Of a stretch of 64,000 nt of DNA, positions 38,263-48,582 are shown one piece after another. The number at the start of each line of letters is the position of its first letter. The stretch's first letter is position 1. A program made the translations under genes and the position numbers. The notes beneath the pieces are model-generated. The model was not told the DNA's origin. It made no database searches and saw only the letters and a program-made list of their open reading frames with translations. The stretch spans positions 21,046 through 85,045 of the forward strand of contig CAZITF010000001.1 of assembly GCA_964542095.1 (NCBI GenBank), given 5' to 3'. The stretch is from an uncultured Rhodobacterales bacterium (GTDB lineage Bacteria > Pseudomonadota > Alphaproteobacteria > Rhodobacterales > Rhodobacteraceae).

Positions 38263-39220
38263 CGACTGGTTCGACACGCTGCGCGGTCTGCCCTGTTTTG
38301 CAAAACTGAAAGGCCACGATGTCACCGTCTGGACGGATCACGAACCTGATCCCGAGCGATTGGCGGCGCGGGTGGCGCAGGCCGAATGCCTCGTTCTGTT
38401 TCGTGAAAGAACGCAGATCGGCGCAGACTTTTTGCGCCGTCTGCCGCATCTGAAACTGATCAGCCAGCGTTCGGTCTATCCGCATGTCGATGTGCCCGCA
38501 TGCACCGAACACGGGGTTCTGCTCTGCTCGAACATGCACAGCGACACGCCCTCCTACGCGGCGGCTGAAATGACGCTGGGACTGATCCTGGCAAGCTATC
38601 GCCAGATCCCGCAGCAGGCGGCGTCGCTCAAGGCCGGAGACTGGCAGATGGGCGTGGGCCGCACGCTGCGCGGGCGCACGCTGGGTCTCTATGGATATGG
38701 CCGGATCGCGGGCGCGGTTGCAGGTTATGCCGAGGCGTTGGGCATGACGGTACAATGGTGGGGATCCGAGGCCGGGCGCGCGCGTGCGCTTGCAGACGGG
38801 AAAACAGTGGCCCAGAGCCGCGAGGCCTTTTTTGCCACAAGCGACATCGTCAGCGTTCATGTGCGTCTTAAACCGGAAACAAAGGGGCTGATCACCGCCG
38901 CCGATCTTGCCGCGATGCCCCCTCGGTCGCTGTTCGTGAACACGTCGCGCTCCGGTCTGGTGGCCAGTGGTGTGTTGGAGGCCGAGATCGCGCGCGGGCG
39001 CATTCACGCGGCGGTCGATGTGTTCGACATCGAACCGATGCGCGACGCCTCCAACCTGCTCGCCACCCATCCCAATGTGCTCGCGACTCCGCACATCGGC
39101 TATGTGACAGAGGATGAATTCGATCTGCAATTCAGCGATATCTTTGACCAGATCAACGCCTTTGCCGCCGGTGATCCGATCCACATGATCAATGCCGAGG
39201 TCTGGAAGGGCCGATCCTAG
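38243..39220 (+). CDS. D-2-hydroxyacid dehydrogenase family protein
   Basis: GYGRIAG, VNTSRSGLV, AVDVFDIEP, TPHIGY. Confidence 0.9.
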   Translation: MKVHILDDWFDTLRGLPCFAKLKGHDVTVWTDHEPDPERLAARVAQAECLVLFRERTQIGADFLRRLPHLKLISQRSVYPHVDVPACTEHGVLLCSNMHSDTPSYAAAEMTLGLILASYRQIPQQAASLKAGDWQMGVGRTLRGRTLGLYGYGRIAGAVAGYAEALGMTVQWWGSEAGRARALADGKTVAQSREAFFATSDIVSVHVRLKPETKGLITAADLAAMPPRSLFVNTSRSGLVASGVLEAEIARGRIHAAVDVFDIEPMRDASNLLATHPNVLATPHIGYVTEDEFDLQFSDIFDQINAFAAGDPIHMINAEVWKGRS

Positions 39221-39237
39221 CCGCCCCGTGTCACGCC

Positions 39238-40146
39238 TCAGGCCCGGCGCGCCGTCGCCGCAACGCGGAGTGCGGCCTTGAACGCGACAACCGCCGCGCC
39301 GTCGCGTTGGCCAAGCCGCGCCAGCAGTCCGACAGGCCGCGCGATATCGATGGCTTCGAGCGTGCAAGTCGCGACCTGTGCCCGGCCAATCGCGGAGCGC
39401 GGCAGCAGGGCTGCCCCCATCCCGTCCTGCACCAGGGCAAGCGCCGTACTGGAACGTCCAACCTCGAACGCCCAGTTCAGCCGCGTCCGCGCGCGCGCCA
39501 TCGCCTCGTCAATCAGCAACCTGTTGCCAGTGCCGCGCGCAGGCACGATCATCGGCGTATCCGCGATCTCGGCAAGATGCACGGCCCCCACACCGGCACG
39601 CGGGTGCGACAGCGCCAGGGCCAGGACGATCCGGTCGTCAAACAACGGCTCGAACTCTGTCGATGGTTCCAGCATGGGGATGGAACCGAGGCCGAAGTCC
39701 GCCTCGCCCGATGCCACGGCCTCTGCCACCGCGTTGGCCGATCCATCGAGGATGCGGATGCGCGCCTTGTGTCCGGCGGCGCGAAAGGCGGTGATCGCGG
39801 GCGCAATCAGCATACCCACAACGCTTGGGATGGTCGCCAGCGTGATCACGGCACCGCGCTGATGGACGAAGGCAACGCTTTCGTCGCGCATCGCGCGCGC
39901 CGTCTCGCGCGCATCACCGACAATGGCCTCGGCCCGTGCATGCAGGCGCTTGGCGGCCAGCGTGGGTTTGAGATGCCGCGTGCTGCGCTCGAACAACTGA
40001 CTGCCAAGCGCCTCTTCCAGCTTTTGAATGCGGCGCGTGACCGCCGATTGGGACAGGTTCAACCGTGCGGCGGCAGCGTGGAACGATCCCGTTTCCTTGA
40101 CGGCCAGAAAGGCTTCGAGATCACCGAAGTCGAAATTGATGCGCAT
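39238..40146 (-). CDS. LysR family regulator divergent from tcuA (probable TcuR role)
   Basis: GSFHAAAARLNLSQSAVTRRIQKLEEALGSQLFERSTR. Confidence 0.9.
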   Translation of the reverse strand: MRINFDFGDLEAFLAVKETGSFHAAAARLNLSQSAVTRRIQKLEEALGSQLFERSTRHLKPTLAAKRLHARAEAIVGDARETARAMRDESVAFVHQRGAVITLATIPSVVGMLIAPAITAFRAAGHKARIRILDGSANAVAEAVASGEADFGLGSIPMLEPSTEFEPLFDDRIVLALALSHPRAGVGAVHLAEIADTPMIVPARGTGNRLLIDEAMARARTRLNWAFEVGRSSTALALVQDGMGAALLPRSAIGRAQVATCTLEAIDIARPVGLLARLGQRDGAAVVAFKAALRVAATARRA

Positions 40147-40226
40147 GACGCATGAATTACAGCAAAGCTGGCATTGGTCAAATGAAAGGGCGATGGCTAA
40201 GGTCGGCCCGACACGGGATGAATGGC

Positions 40227-41609
40227 ATGAGACAGTACGACATAGCGGTAATTGGCGGTGGAAATGCCGCGCTGTGCGCGGCGATGACCGCCGCCGAGGC
40301 GGGCGCCAAGGTTCTGATCCTCGAGGCCGCGCCGAAACCCTATCGCGGCGGCAATTCGCGGCACACCCGCAACTTTCGGTGCATGCATGGCGCACCGCTC
40401 GGGCCCTTGGTCGAGGCCTATCACGAGGACGAATACTTTGAGGATCTGCTCAAGGTGACAGCGGGCAAGACGGACGAGCACCTCGCGCGCCTTGCAATCC
40501 GAACGTCGCAAGACTGCCTGCCCTGGATGGAGGCGCATGGAGTGCGCTTTCAACCTTCCCTGTCCGGCACGCTGTCGCTGGGGCGCACGAACGCCTTTTT
40601 CATGGGCGGGGGCAAAGGCCTCGTGAATGCCTATTACCGCACGGCGGATCGGCTGGGCATCGACGTGCTCTACGAGGCCCCCGTGACCCATCTGGAACTG
40701 GACGGCGACAGGATCACGCGCGTGGACTATTCCCATCAGGGCCGCGACATCAGTATCGCCCCCAAGTCCGTCATCGTCGCATCCGGCGGTTTTCAGGCGG
40801 ATACTGACTGGCTGACCCGCGCCTGGGGGCCAGCGGCGCGAAATTTTCTTATCCGGGGAACGCCCTACAACCGCGGCGTCGTCCTTGCCGACCTGCTTGG
40901 CCAGGGGGTGGAATCGGTGGGCGATGCCGATCAGTGCCACGCCGTTGCAATCGACGGGCGTGCGCCGAAATTCGATGGCGGGATCGTGACGCGGCTCGAC
41001 TGTGTTCCGTTTTCCATCGTGGTGAACAAGCACGGCGCGCGGTTTTATGATGAGGGCGAGGACGTCTGGCCAAAGCGTTATGCGATCTGGGGGCGGCTGA
41101 TCGCGGCGCAGCCGGATCAGGTCGGCTATGTCATCATCGATGCCAAGTCGCTGAATCTGTTCATGCCGTCGGTCTTTCCACCCCTCACATCCGACACTCT
41201 GGACGGCCTGGCCGCGCAAATGGGTGTTCCTGCCGATGCGCTCTGCGAAACGGTTGCACAGTTCAACGCCGCCTGTGGCGATACCGCCGGTTTCCATCCC
41301 ACCGAACTGGACGGCGTGGCGACCACCGGCCTGACACCGCCCAAGACGAACTGGGCCCGTCCGATCACCGAACCGCCGTTTTACGGCTACTCCCTGCGCA
41401 CCGGTGTGACGTTCACCTACCTGGGACTGAAGGTGGACGAAACCGCACGATGCCGCACCGCCAATGGCCCTGTTCAGAACCTCTGGGCGGCGGGCGAGGT
41501 CATGGCGGGGTCCATTCTTGGCCAGGGCTATCTGGCCGGGTTCGGCATGACCATCGGCACCGTCTTTGGACGCATTGCGGGACGGGAGGCCGCCGCCCAT
41601 GCACATTGA
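40227..41609 (+). CDS. tcuA: FAD-dependent tricarballylate dehydrogenase
   Basis: IGGGNAALCAA, RGGNSRHTRN, HAVAIDGRAPKFDGGIVTRLD, WPKRYAIWG. Confidence 0.92.
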   Translation: MRQYDIAVIGGGNAALCAAMTAAEAGAKVLILEAAPKPYRGGNSRHTRNFRCMHGAPLGPLVEAYHEDEYFEDLLKVTAGKTDEHLARLAIRTSQDCLPWMEAHGVRFQPSLSGTLSLGRTNAFFMGGGKGLVNAYYRTADRLGIDVLYEAPVTHLELDGDRITRVDYSHQGRDISIAPKSVIVASGGFQADTDWLTRAWGPAARNFLIRGTPYNRGVVLADLLGQGVESVGDADQCHAVAIDGRAPKFDGGIVTRLDCVPFSIVVNKHGARFYDEGEDVWPKRYAIWGRLIAAQPDQVGYVIIDAKSLNLFMPSVFPPLTSDTLDGLAAQMGVPADALCETVAQFNAACGDTAGFHPTELDGVATTGLTPPKTNWARPITEPPFYGYSLRTGVTFTYLGLKVDETARCRTANGPVQNLWAAGEVMAGSILGQGYLAGFGMTIGTVFGRIAGREAAAHAH

Positions 41610-42666
41610 TCTGATCAACGAAGCCCGCCGCCAGGTGGAGATCTGCAACGCCTGTCGCTATTGCGAGGGTTATTGCTCGGTTTTTCCAGCCCTGCATCGC
41701 GAACGGGCTTTTGCCGATGGCGACATCACCCAACTGGCCAACCTCTGCCACAACTGCCGGGGCTGCTATTACGCCTGCCAGTACACGGCGCCACACGAAT
41801 TTGACCTGAACCTGCCCGCGGCCCTCGCCGAAGTGCGCCGCGACAGTTGGGAAAACATGGCCTGGCCCCAACCGGTGGCGCGTGCATTCCATACGCATGG
41901 CGGGGCGATTGCGCTGGCTGCGGTGCTTGGCCTTGCACTGCTGTTCCTCGCCATTCGCGCGCTCGGCTCTGCCAGCGGGGCAGGGTTCTATGCGGTCCTG
42001 TCTCATGGTGCGATGGTGGCGATCTTTCTTCCTGCCTTTGTCTTTCCGCTGCTGAGCATCGCGTTCAGTTTGCGCCGGTATTGGCGGCATGTGGGCGGCG
42101 CGCGTGTCAGGTGGAGTGATGTCACCTCTGCCCTGGCCCAAGTCGCCAGGATGAAGGAGTTGGCCGCAGGTCATGGCGACGGATGCAATTTCGAAGACGA
42201 AGACCGGTTTTCCCATGCCCGTCGTTATGCCCATCAGGCGATCATGTATGGGTTTTTGTTGTGCTTTGCTTCGACAATTTCAGGCACTGTGCTGCACTAT
42301 GTCCTTGATGTTCCGGCACCGTACCCGTTCTGGTCACTGCCCAAGCTGTTGGGCGTTCCGGGAGGCATCCTGCTGACAACTGGCTGTGTTTGGATGGCGT
42401 GGCTCAAGTTGCGCTCCGACCGCGCGCTTGGGGATGCCGGGGCGTGGGGAGGGGATTTTGGTTTCATCGCCCTGCTGGGATCCGTCGGATTGACCGGCCT
42501 CGCGCTCTACTGGCTTGGCGGCACCGCTGCGATGCCCGGTCTGCTCGCCCTGCATCTTGGGACGGTGCTCGGCTTTTTTCTTCTGATGCCGTTCACGAAA
42601 ATGGCGCATGGGTTTTACCGGTTCGCTGCGTTGATACGCGATGCACAGGTGAAAGCCGGGCGCTAG
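41599..42666 (+). CDS. tcuB: Tricarballylate utilization 4Fe-4S membrane protein
   Basis: ICNACRYCEGYC, LCHNCRGCYYACQYTAPHEF, TKMAHGFYR. Confidence 0.92.
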   Translation: MHIDLINEARRQVEICNACRYCEGYCSVFPALHRERAFADGDITQLANLCHNCRGCYYACQYTAPHEFDLNLPAALAEVRRDSWENMAWPQPVARAFHTHGGAIALAAVLGLALLFLAIRALGSASGAGFYAVLSHGAMVAIFLPAFVFPLLSIAFSLRRYWRHVGGARVRWSDVTSALAQVARMKELAAGHGDGCNFEDEDRFSHARRYAHQAIMYGFLLCFASTISGTVLHYVLDVPAPYPFWSLPKLLGVPGGILLTTGCVWMAWLKLRSDRALGDAGAWGGDFGFIALLGSVGLTGLALYWLGGTAAMPGLLALHLGTVLGFFLLMPFTKMAHGFYRFAALIRDAQVKAGR

Positions 42667-43121
42667 GTCACCCCCGATTTCTACACCGGCACCTGCACGA
42701 AATGCGCCAGACCTTTCAATTTGTTCCTTGTCGTTCCAGTCTTGCCATTGCCTCCTCCGCAGCGGGACCGGGAGATTGAAGCGTCGCATAAAGGGCCATG
42801 ATGGACGCGTTTGCGTCGATCCCGGCGTCTGATGACATAGCGCTTTTGCAAATCACCCTTGGTGAGGTGGCAGGGATTACGTGTCCCGGTCGAAATCAGC
42901 GCAGAATTGTTGACAATGCCCTTCGTCGGCGCGGCAAAAACCGGGTGCTATTGCGGTTTTCATAAGCGGTTCAGATAGTGATCATCAGAAAAAATGGGTT
43001 CTGCCGACGTGGAAACTCCCGCACAAACGGTCAGATGGTGGCATGCGCATTGACGAAAAGGGCGCTCTGCCCGGTGAATGTGCGGGGCATGAATGACGGC
43101 GCAGTTTGAGGAGGTAGGGCG

Positions 43122-44063
43122 ATGACGACTTCAACGGGCGATGCCGAATTCAGTCCACACGCCTTTCGCCGGGCGCTGGGCAATTTTGCAACCGGAGTGA
43201 CCATCATTACCGCCCGCAACAGCGAGGGCGCATTGGTCGGGGCCACCGCCAGCAGCTTCAACTCGCTGTCCATGGACCCGCCACTGATCCTGTGGAGTTG
43301 TATCAAGACCTCGCGAGGCTGCCCGATCTTCGAGACCTCAAGCCATTTTGCCGTCAACGTGCTGGCCTCGGATCAGGCCGAAATGTCGAACCATTTCGCG
43401 CGCCAGCAAGAGGACAAGTTTTCCGCATTCGACTGGGAAGAAGGGATCGGCGGCGCGCCGATTTTTGCAGATTGTGCGGCGCGCTTTCAGTGCGAGACCT
43501 ACCAGAAGCTCGACGGCGGCGATCACTGGATTTTTGTGGGCAAGGTCGTGGCCTTTGACGATTTCGGTCGCCCGCCCTTGTGCTTTCACCAGGGCTCTTA
43601 CGCGACATTGTTCAATCACCTTGCCCCGGGCGGGACATTGAGGGACCGCGGCGCGGATCAGGCGGCGGATGGTCGGCTGGCCGACAGCAAGTTTTTCCAG
43701 ATGCTGCGCGCCATTCGTGCCTATCAGGATGCCTATCAGCCCAAGGTGTCGGCGCTGGAGTTGAACCTGATCGAGTCGCGACTTCTGCTGGTCGTGCAGG
43801 ATTTACCGGGCTTGGCCGCCGATGGGTTGACCCGCCATCTCAACGTTCCCGTCGACGAGACCGAGGAAGCGCTGCAAAACATGCAGGAGCGCGGTTTTCT
43901 GACGGCGCGGGGAGACGGCTTTGCACTGACAAATCAAGGGCAGGCAAAGGCGGACGCGACCTGGCACCTGTCCGAGGCCCATGCCAAGGAAGCCTTTGCC
44001 CAGTTCAGCGAGGCGCAGCTTGACACGTTCAGTACGGTCTTGCGCGGTTTGATCGATCAGTAA
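43122..44063 (+). CDS. Flavin reductase fused to a C-terminal MarR-like domain (C1-HpaH-like)
   Basis: FRRALGNFATGVTII, SFNSLSMDPPL, GGDHWIFVG; C-terminal wHTH-like region. Confidence 0.88.
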   Translation: MTTSTGDAEFSPHAFRRALGNFATGVTIITARNSEGALVGATASSFNSLSMDPPLILWSCIKTSRGCPIFETSSHFAVNVLASDQAEMSNHFARQQEDKFSAFDWEEGIGGAPIFADCAARFQCETYQKLDGGDHWIFVGKVVAFDDFGRPPLCFHQGSYATLFNHLAPGGTLRDRGADQAADGRLADSKFFQMLRAIRAYQDAYQPKVSALELNLIESRLLLVVQDLPGLAADGLTRHLNVPVDETEEALQNMQERGFLTARGDGFALTNQGQAKADATWHLSEAHAKEAFAQFSEAQLDTFSTVLRGLIDQ

Positions 44064-44069
44064 CCGTAG

Positions 44070-44489
44070 GCCAGTGCCCAGCCGTCGGAGCAGCGACGCG
44101 TTTGCACTGACCAGAAATTCGACTGCGGTGCTGCAAAACACAGTAATTCCGGTATTTTCGAGGCTATGGGCCATGGACCCGCCCATGGAACAGTGGAAAA
44201 GCCGTGTGTCGCCGACTGCATTTTCCGCCTCGACGACCCGACCATCGCCATGGCGGGACCATGCCTTGTCCGATGCCGTCGCCGTCCGGAAATGACCGAG
44301 CACATGGAACTGGAAGGACAGGCGGTTGCCCGATTGCATTCCGATCAGTCAGACCCTCACGCAGTCGGTTTCGCTGACAATGCGTGACCTGACCTGTGCG
44401 TTACGGCCCGCCGTTGCCGGTTCCGCCCGGAATGCATCCGCCCAGCGCGGGCCTTCGAGGCGGTGCGCTGTGGTCTGTGACGTTGCCAT
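44070..44489 (-). pseudogene. Small cupin-fold protein pseudogene
   Basis: From ATG 44489: ..IVSETDCVRV*LIGMQSGNRLSFQFHVLGHF..GDT..SMAHSLENTG..VEF, in-frame TGA at 44349-44351 where Trp is expected; 3' end approximate. Confidence 0.6.
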
Positions 44490-44516
44490 CCCCTCGCGCT
44501 TCGCTATATCCCTTGT

Positions 44517-44530
44517 TTATAGAGTGATAA
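44517..44530. promoter_or_regulatory. TTATM-N4-GMTAA operator, copy 1
   Basis: TTATA-GAGT-GATAA upstream of the FAD monooxygenase. Confidence 0.7.
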
Positions 44531-44549
44531 ATAAGGGGCAAAAGCCAGT

Positions 44550-45746
44550 ATGGGATACACAGGCACGGCGATTGTCGCGGGGGGATCGATCGGCGGATTG
44601 TTCGCGGCTGCGGCGTTGCGCAAGGCTGGTTGGACTGTCCATCTGTTCGAGCGAGCGGGCGTCGAATTGTCTGGCCGGGGGGCGGGTATCGTGACCCACG
44701 ACGCTCTGATCGAGGCATTCGCCCATGTCGGGGCGGATACCGAAAACCTCGGCGTATCCGTGGACGACCGCGTGGCATTCGACATTGCCTGCGAAGTGGT
44801 CAAGAAAGCCGCCTATCCACAGATTGTCACCTCCTGGGACCGGATCCACCAGATCCTGCGCGTTCTGATACCGGACGCAGCCTATCACCTCGGCCGCGCC
44901 GTTGTCGGTTACGATCAGAACGCCGGGGCGGTTACCGCGGTGCTTGAGGATGGCGCCCGAAAGGAGGCCGATCTGCTGGTCGGCGCGGACGGGTTTCGCT
45001 CTGCCATTCGCGGGCAGATGCTTCCGCAGGTGCAACCGGGCTATGCAGGCTATGTTGTCTGGCGCGCGGTGGCGGACGAGGCGGACATGCCACGCGATGT
45101 CCACGCACGCCTGTTCTCGGATTTCGGGTTTTTCGCGCCCAACGGCACGCAGATCGTCGGCTATCCCATTGCCGGAGTTGGCAATGATCTGCGCGCCGGC
45201 CATCGCCGTTACAATTTCGTCTGGTACAGTGCCGTATCCGACGCGGACCTGCGCGACATGCTGACGGACAATGGCGGGACCCGTCACGCCGTTTCGATTC
45301 CGCCGCCGCTGATCCGTGACGATGTGTTGCAGCGGATGGAAGACGAGGCCGAGCGCCGCCTTCCGGCCGCATTTGTCGAGATCATCCGAAAAAGCGGGCG
45401 GCCATTCTTTACGCCGATTTATGACCACTGCGCCTCGGTCTTTGCCGATGGCCGCGTGGCGCTGGTGGGGGATGCGGCGTGTGGTGTCCGGCCTCATGTG
45501 GGCATGGGCGTGACCAAGGCGGCGCAGGATGCGCTGGCGCTGGCGCGTCACGTCTCGGGCGCGCCACTGGATGCGGCGTTGGCGGCCTATTCGGACGAAC
45601 GTGTGCCAGCCTCGCGCCGCGCCCATGAACAGGGCCAGAGGCTGGGTGCGTACATCTTTGAAACGGATCCCGCGCTGAACCGGGACGGTCGCAGTCATCC
45701 CCGGATCGATCAGATCATGCAGGAAACGGCTGTGCCGGTGCTGTGA
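44550..45746 (+). CDS. FAD-dependent monooxygenase, 2,6-dihydroxypyridine 3-hydroxylase-like family
   Basis: GGSIGGL, GADGFRS, YAGYVVWR, RYNFVWY, LVGDAA..RPHVGMG. Confidence 0.85.
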   Translation: MGYTGTAIVAGGSIGGLFAAAALRKAGWTVHLFERAGVELSGRGAGIVTHDALIEAFAHVGADTENLGVSVDDRVAFDIACEVVKKAAYPQIVTSWDRIHQILRVLIPDAAYHLGRAVVGYDQNAGAVTAVLEDGARKEADLLVGADGFRSAIRGQMLPQVQPGYAGYVVWRAVADEADMPRDVHARLFSDFGFFAPNGTQIVGYPIAGVGNDLRAGHRRYNFVWYSAVSDADLRDMLTDNGGTRHAVSIPPPLIRDDVLQRMEDEAERRLPAAFVEIIRKSGRPFFTPIYDHCASVFADGRVALVGDAACGVRPHVGMGVTKAAQDALALARHVSGAPLDAALAAYSDERVPASRRAHEQGQRLGAYIFETDPALNRDGRSHPRIDQIMQETAVPVL

Positions 45747-45750
45747 CGGC

Positions 45751-46386
45751 TTACGTGCTGCGCAATTCCTCGTAGGACGTCATGAAAACCTTTCTGTAGG
45801 CGGGACGCGCCGCAAGACGGTCGTACCAATCGGCCAACGCCGGTCGATTTGGTCGTGGAATGTCCATGGTGAAATAGCGATACATGCCAGAGCCTGCGAC
45901 CCCGTCGGCGACGCTGAGGCCCGGCCCCGCGACCCATGCGCTTTGACCCAATCGCGCGTCAAGAATATCCAGTGCCGCGTCGAGCGCCCTGACGTGATCG
46001 GCCAGGGCACCGGTCGAGCGATCCGCCGGGGCCAGTCGCACGGTCTGGAAAAAGCAGCCGATCAGCGGCGGCAACAGCGTTGTCGCGGTGAAGTCGATCC
46101 ACTGATCCGCCAACGCCTGCTCGCTCCGCGCCTCGGGCCAGAGAGGTGCCGCAGGCCCGCGCGACAGATGCCGGACAATGGCATGGCTTTCCCAAAGCGT
46201 CAGACCTTCTTCCTGCCATACCGGAACACGGCGCATCGGATTCATCGCACCGAAGTCCGGTGTGTCCGTGCGCCCATATCTGCCGCCCGCATCGACGCGA
46301 CGGTGGGCAATATAGCATTCGGCCAGAACCCACATTACCTTTTGCACATTGACGGAACTGGCGCGGCCCCAGAGCGTCGGCGTCAT
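45751..46386 (-). CDS. Glutathione S-transferase
   Basis: WGRASSVNVQKV, MNPMRRVP, LWESHAIVRHL, SVAD. Confidence 0.92.
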   Translation of the reverse strand: MTPTLWGRASSVNVQKVMWVLAECYIAHRRVDAGGRYGRTDTPDFGAMNPMRRVPVWQEEGLTLWESHAIVRHLSRGPAAPLWPEARSEQALADQWIDFTATTLLPPLIGCFFQTVRLAPADRSTGALADHVRALDAALDILDARLGQSAWVAGPGLSVADGVAGSGMYRYFTMDIPRPNRPALADWYDRLAARPAYRKVFMTSYEELRST

Positions 46387-47339
46387 TTGATCGCTTGAGG
46401 GTTGATCGGAGAGCCCGCCCCGCCGGGCAGATGCAGGGGTGGGGCGGTGAACAGGAATTCGTAGACACCATCCTGCGCGCAATCGGCGGCCAGATCCTTG
46501 AGATAGAAGATTTCTCCCATTGCGATCCCGATGGCCGGGATCACCACCCAATGCCAGGGCTGGTTTGCCTCGTCGGTCTCGTTCGGGCGAACCTCGCACC
46601 CCCAGGTGTCGGCACAGATGCCAGCGATGTCGTGCTGCCTGATCCAATGGGCCGTCTCAAAGGCGACCCCCGGCGCGTCGCCCCCAGCATAGCCGCCCCA
46701 ATCGCCACTGGCGAGACAGCGTTCCTGATGGCCGGTGCGGAATATCACGAAATCGCCCTTGCGGATTTCGACCCCTTGCGCGGCAGCACAACCGTCCAGA
46801 TCGGCGTTGGTGATGGCATATCCATCCGCGAGGCTGTCCACCCCTTTCCAGCGCGCGATGTCCAGCAAAACGCCGCGGCCCACCATCTTGTCGCGATAGT
46901 TCTCGATGCCCAGCTTTTTCGCGCCATTTACCGTCACATCCGTGGCAGGAAAGCCATTGTACATCTTGTCGTCCAGAAAGATGTGGCACAGCGCGTCCCA
47001 TTGGGTCGATCCCTGGCAGGGCAGGTTGATGGCGTCATCCGCGTAGCGCAGATATGCCCGCCCGTCGCCGTCCTGTTCGCCAATGACCGCATCGGTGCCG
47101 GTGGCCAGCATCTGATGGATCATGTTCCAGCGCCCGCCAAAAAGACCGGACTGGATCTTGTGCTTGAGGTCGAGGCCAAGGGCAAAGACCTTGCCCTGCC
47201 GGACCAGACCGGCGGCGGCCACGATATCTGCGGGTGCGATGTTGTTCAGGGTGCCAAGCTGATCGTCATCGCCCCAGCGGCCCCAGTTCGACAGCTCCTT
47301 TGCGGTTTTGTAGATATCCTCTCGGGTCAGCTTGGCCAT
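46383..47339 (-). CDS. Cyclase family metal-dependent hydrolase (kynurenine formamidase/isatin hydrolase fold)
   Basis: NWGRWGDDDQLGTLN, QGSTQWDALCH, GRGVLLD, IFRTG, GSPINP. Confidence 0.9.
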   Translation of the reverse strand: MAKLTREDIYKTAKELSNWGRWGDDDQLGTLNNIAPADIVAAAGLVRQGKVFALGLDLKHKIQSGLFGGRWNMIHQMLATGTDAVIGEQDGDGRAYLRYADDAINLPCQGSTQWDALCHIFLDDKMYNGFPATDVTVNGAKKLGIENYRDKMVGRGVLLDIARWKGVDSLADGYAITNADLDGCAAAQGVEIRKGDFVIFRTGHQERCLASGDWGGYAGGDAPGVAFETAHWIRQHDIAGICADTWGCEVRPNETDEANQPWHWVVIPAIGIAMGEIFYLKDLAADCAQDGVYEFLFTAPPLHLPGGAGSPINPQAIK

Positions 47340-47395
47340 CCGGTGTCCTCCCTGGGGTGCGCTTCGTCTTGCCGGGTCGTTGCGATCGTGTTTAG

Positions 47396-47409
47396 TTATC
47401 AACTGATAA
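47396..47409. promoter_or_regulatory. TTATM-N4-GMTAA operator, copy 2 (perfect arms)
   Basis: TTATC-AACT-GATAA between the cyclase gene and osmC-tetR. Confidence 0.75.
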
Positions 47410-47436
47410 TTTGACTCAACTTGCCGGGGTTTTGCA

Positions 47437-47916
47437 ATGACGAAACGGTTCGACGTCGTTTTCGAAGGGGTCGGGCGATCCAGCGGTAAAATGCGCAATG
47501 ACATTTCGGTCGAATGGCCGATGATGCAGGAACGCTTTGAACTGGCGACCGACGAGGGTCCGTTTCATGGCGGCGACGGGACAGCCCCGCCGCCGCTGGC
47601 GCTGTTCACCGCGGCGTTGACCGGCTGTCTGATGACCCAGCTGCGCGCGTTTTCCAAACGCTTGCAGATCGAACTGCGCGATGTGGAGGTGCGCGCGCGT
47701 CTGCATTGGGAAGGCACGCAGGAGGGTGATGCGCCTTACGTGACAAACCCGGTTGGCTTCAGCCTCGATGTGGCGCTGGATACCGATGCGTCCTCGCAAG
47801 ACCAGCGTCGCCTGCTGGAGGCTGCGAAAAAGGGGTGTTTTCTGGAACAGACCCTTGCAAAGGGCCTGATCGTGGACCATCGGTTGCGGATTGGTGACAA
47901 CTGGGAAGCGGCATGA
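47437..47916 (+). CDS. OsmC family protein
   Basis: DEGPFHGGDGTAPPP..ALTGC and GCFLEQTL (two conserved Cys). Confidence 0.88.
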   Translation: MTKRFDVVFEGVGRSSGKMRNDISVEWPMMQERFELATDEGPFHGGDGTAPPPLALFTAALTGCLMTQLRAFSKRLQIELRDVEVRARLHWEGTQEGDAPYVTNPVGFSLDVALDTDASSQDQRRLLEAAKKGCFLEQTLAKGLIVDHRLRIGDNWEAA

Positions 47917-48560
47917 GAGACGCGGCCGGAGCAAGTGAACCCCGCAAACGCCTGTCCTCGGCAGAGCGGCGCGAGGAGTTCGTGCAAAAGGCCATCGAGT
48001 TTTTCGCAGAGCACGGCTTTGACAGTTCCACCCGCGAGTTGGCCAAACGCCTCGGCGTGACGCAACCGCTGCTCTACCGCTATTTTGAATCCAAGGATGA
48101 CCTGATTTCCGAGGTCTACGAGGCTGTCTATGTCCGCCGCTGGCGGGCCGAATGGGACGAAATGCTGGCGGATCGCAATGTCACTTTGCGGGATCGGCTG
48201 GTCGGGTTCTACCACGATTACGCCGGGGTCATTTTCCAGCGGGACTGGATGCGCATTTTCCTGTCTGCCGGACTGAAAGGGGGCGCGATCAATCGCCGCT
48301 ACCTCGACCGTGTGCGCCGTCACATCCTTGAACCCATCGCGCGCGAATACCGCCACGAAAACGGAATGGCGGTCGAAACGATCACCGATGAAGAGACCGA
48401 ACTGGTCTGGTCGGTGCATGGTGGCATCTATTACTACGGGGTGCGCAGCGTGATTTACGAACAGCGACCGATCAAGGATCTGGATTTCGTCATCGAAACC
48501 TCTGTCGACAGCCTGCTGGCCACTCTCGGGCGGTTCCACGCGGGCACGCGGCATCCCTGA
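47913..48560 (+). CDS. TetR/AcrR family transcriptional regulator
   Basis: FAEHGFDSSTRELAKRLGVTQPLLYRYFESKDDL. Confidence 0.93.
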   Translation: MRDAAGASEPRKRLSSAERREEFVQKAIEFFAEHGFDSSTRELAKRLGVTQPLLYRYFESKDDLISEVYEAVYVRRWRAEWDEMLADRNVTLRDRLVGFYHDYAGVIFQRDWMRIFLSAGLKGGAINRRYLDRVRRHILEPIAREYRHENGMAVETITDEETELVWSVHGGIYYYGVRSVIYEQRPIKDLDFVIETSVDSLLATLGRFHAGTRHP

Positions 48561-48582
48561 AGAACGCCGCGCGCAGTCTTGA

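Noticed and set aside
42670-43120. Riboswitch, sRNA or small gene in the tcuB-reductase gap (also 18710-19180)
   Set aside because: No recognisable RNA motif or convincing ORF by eye; possibly further relics; needs cmscan and blastx
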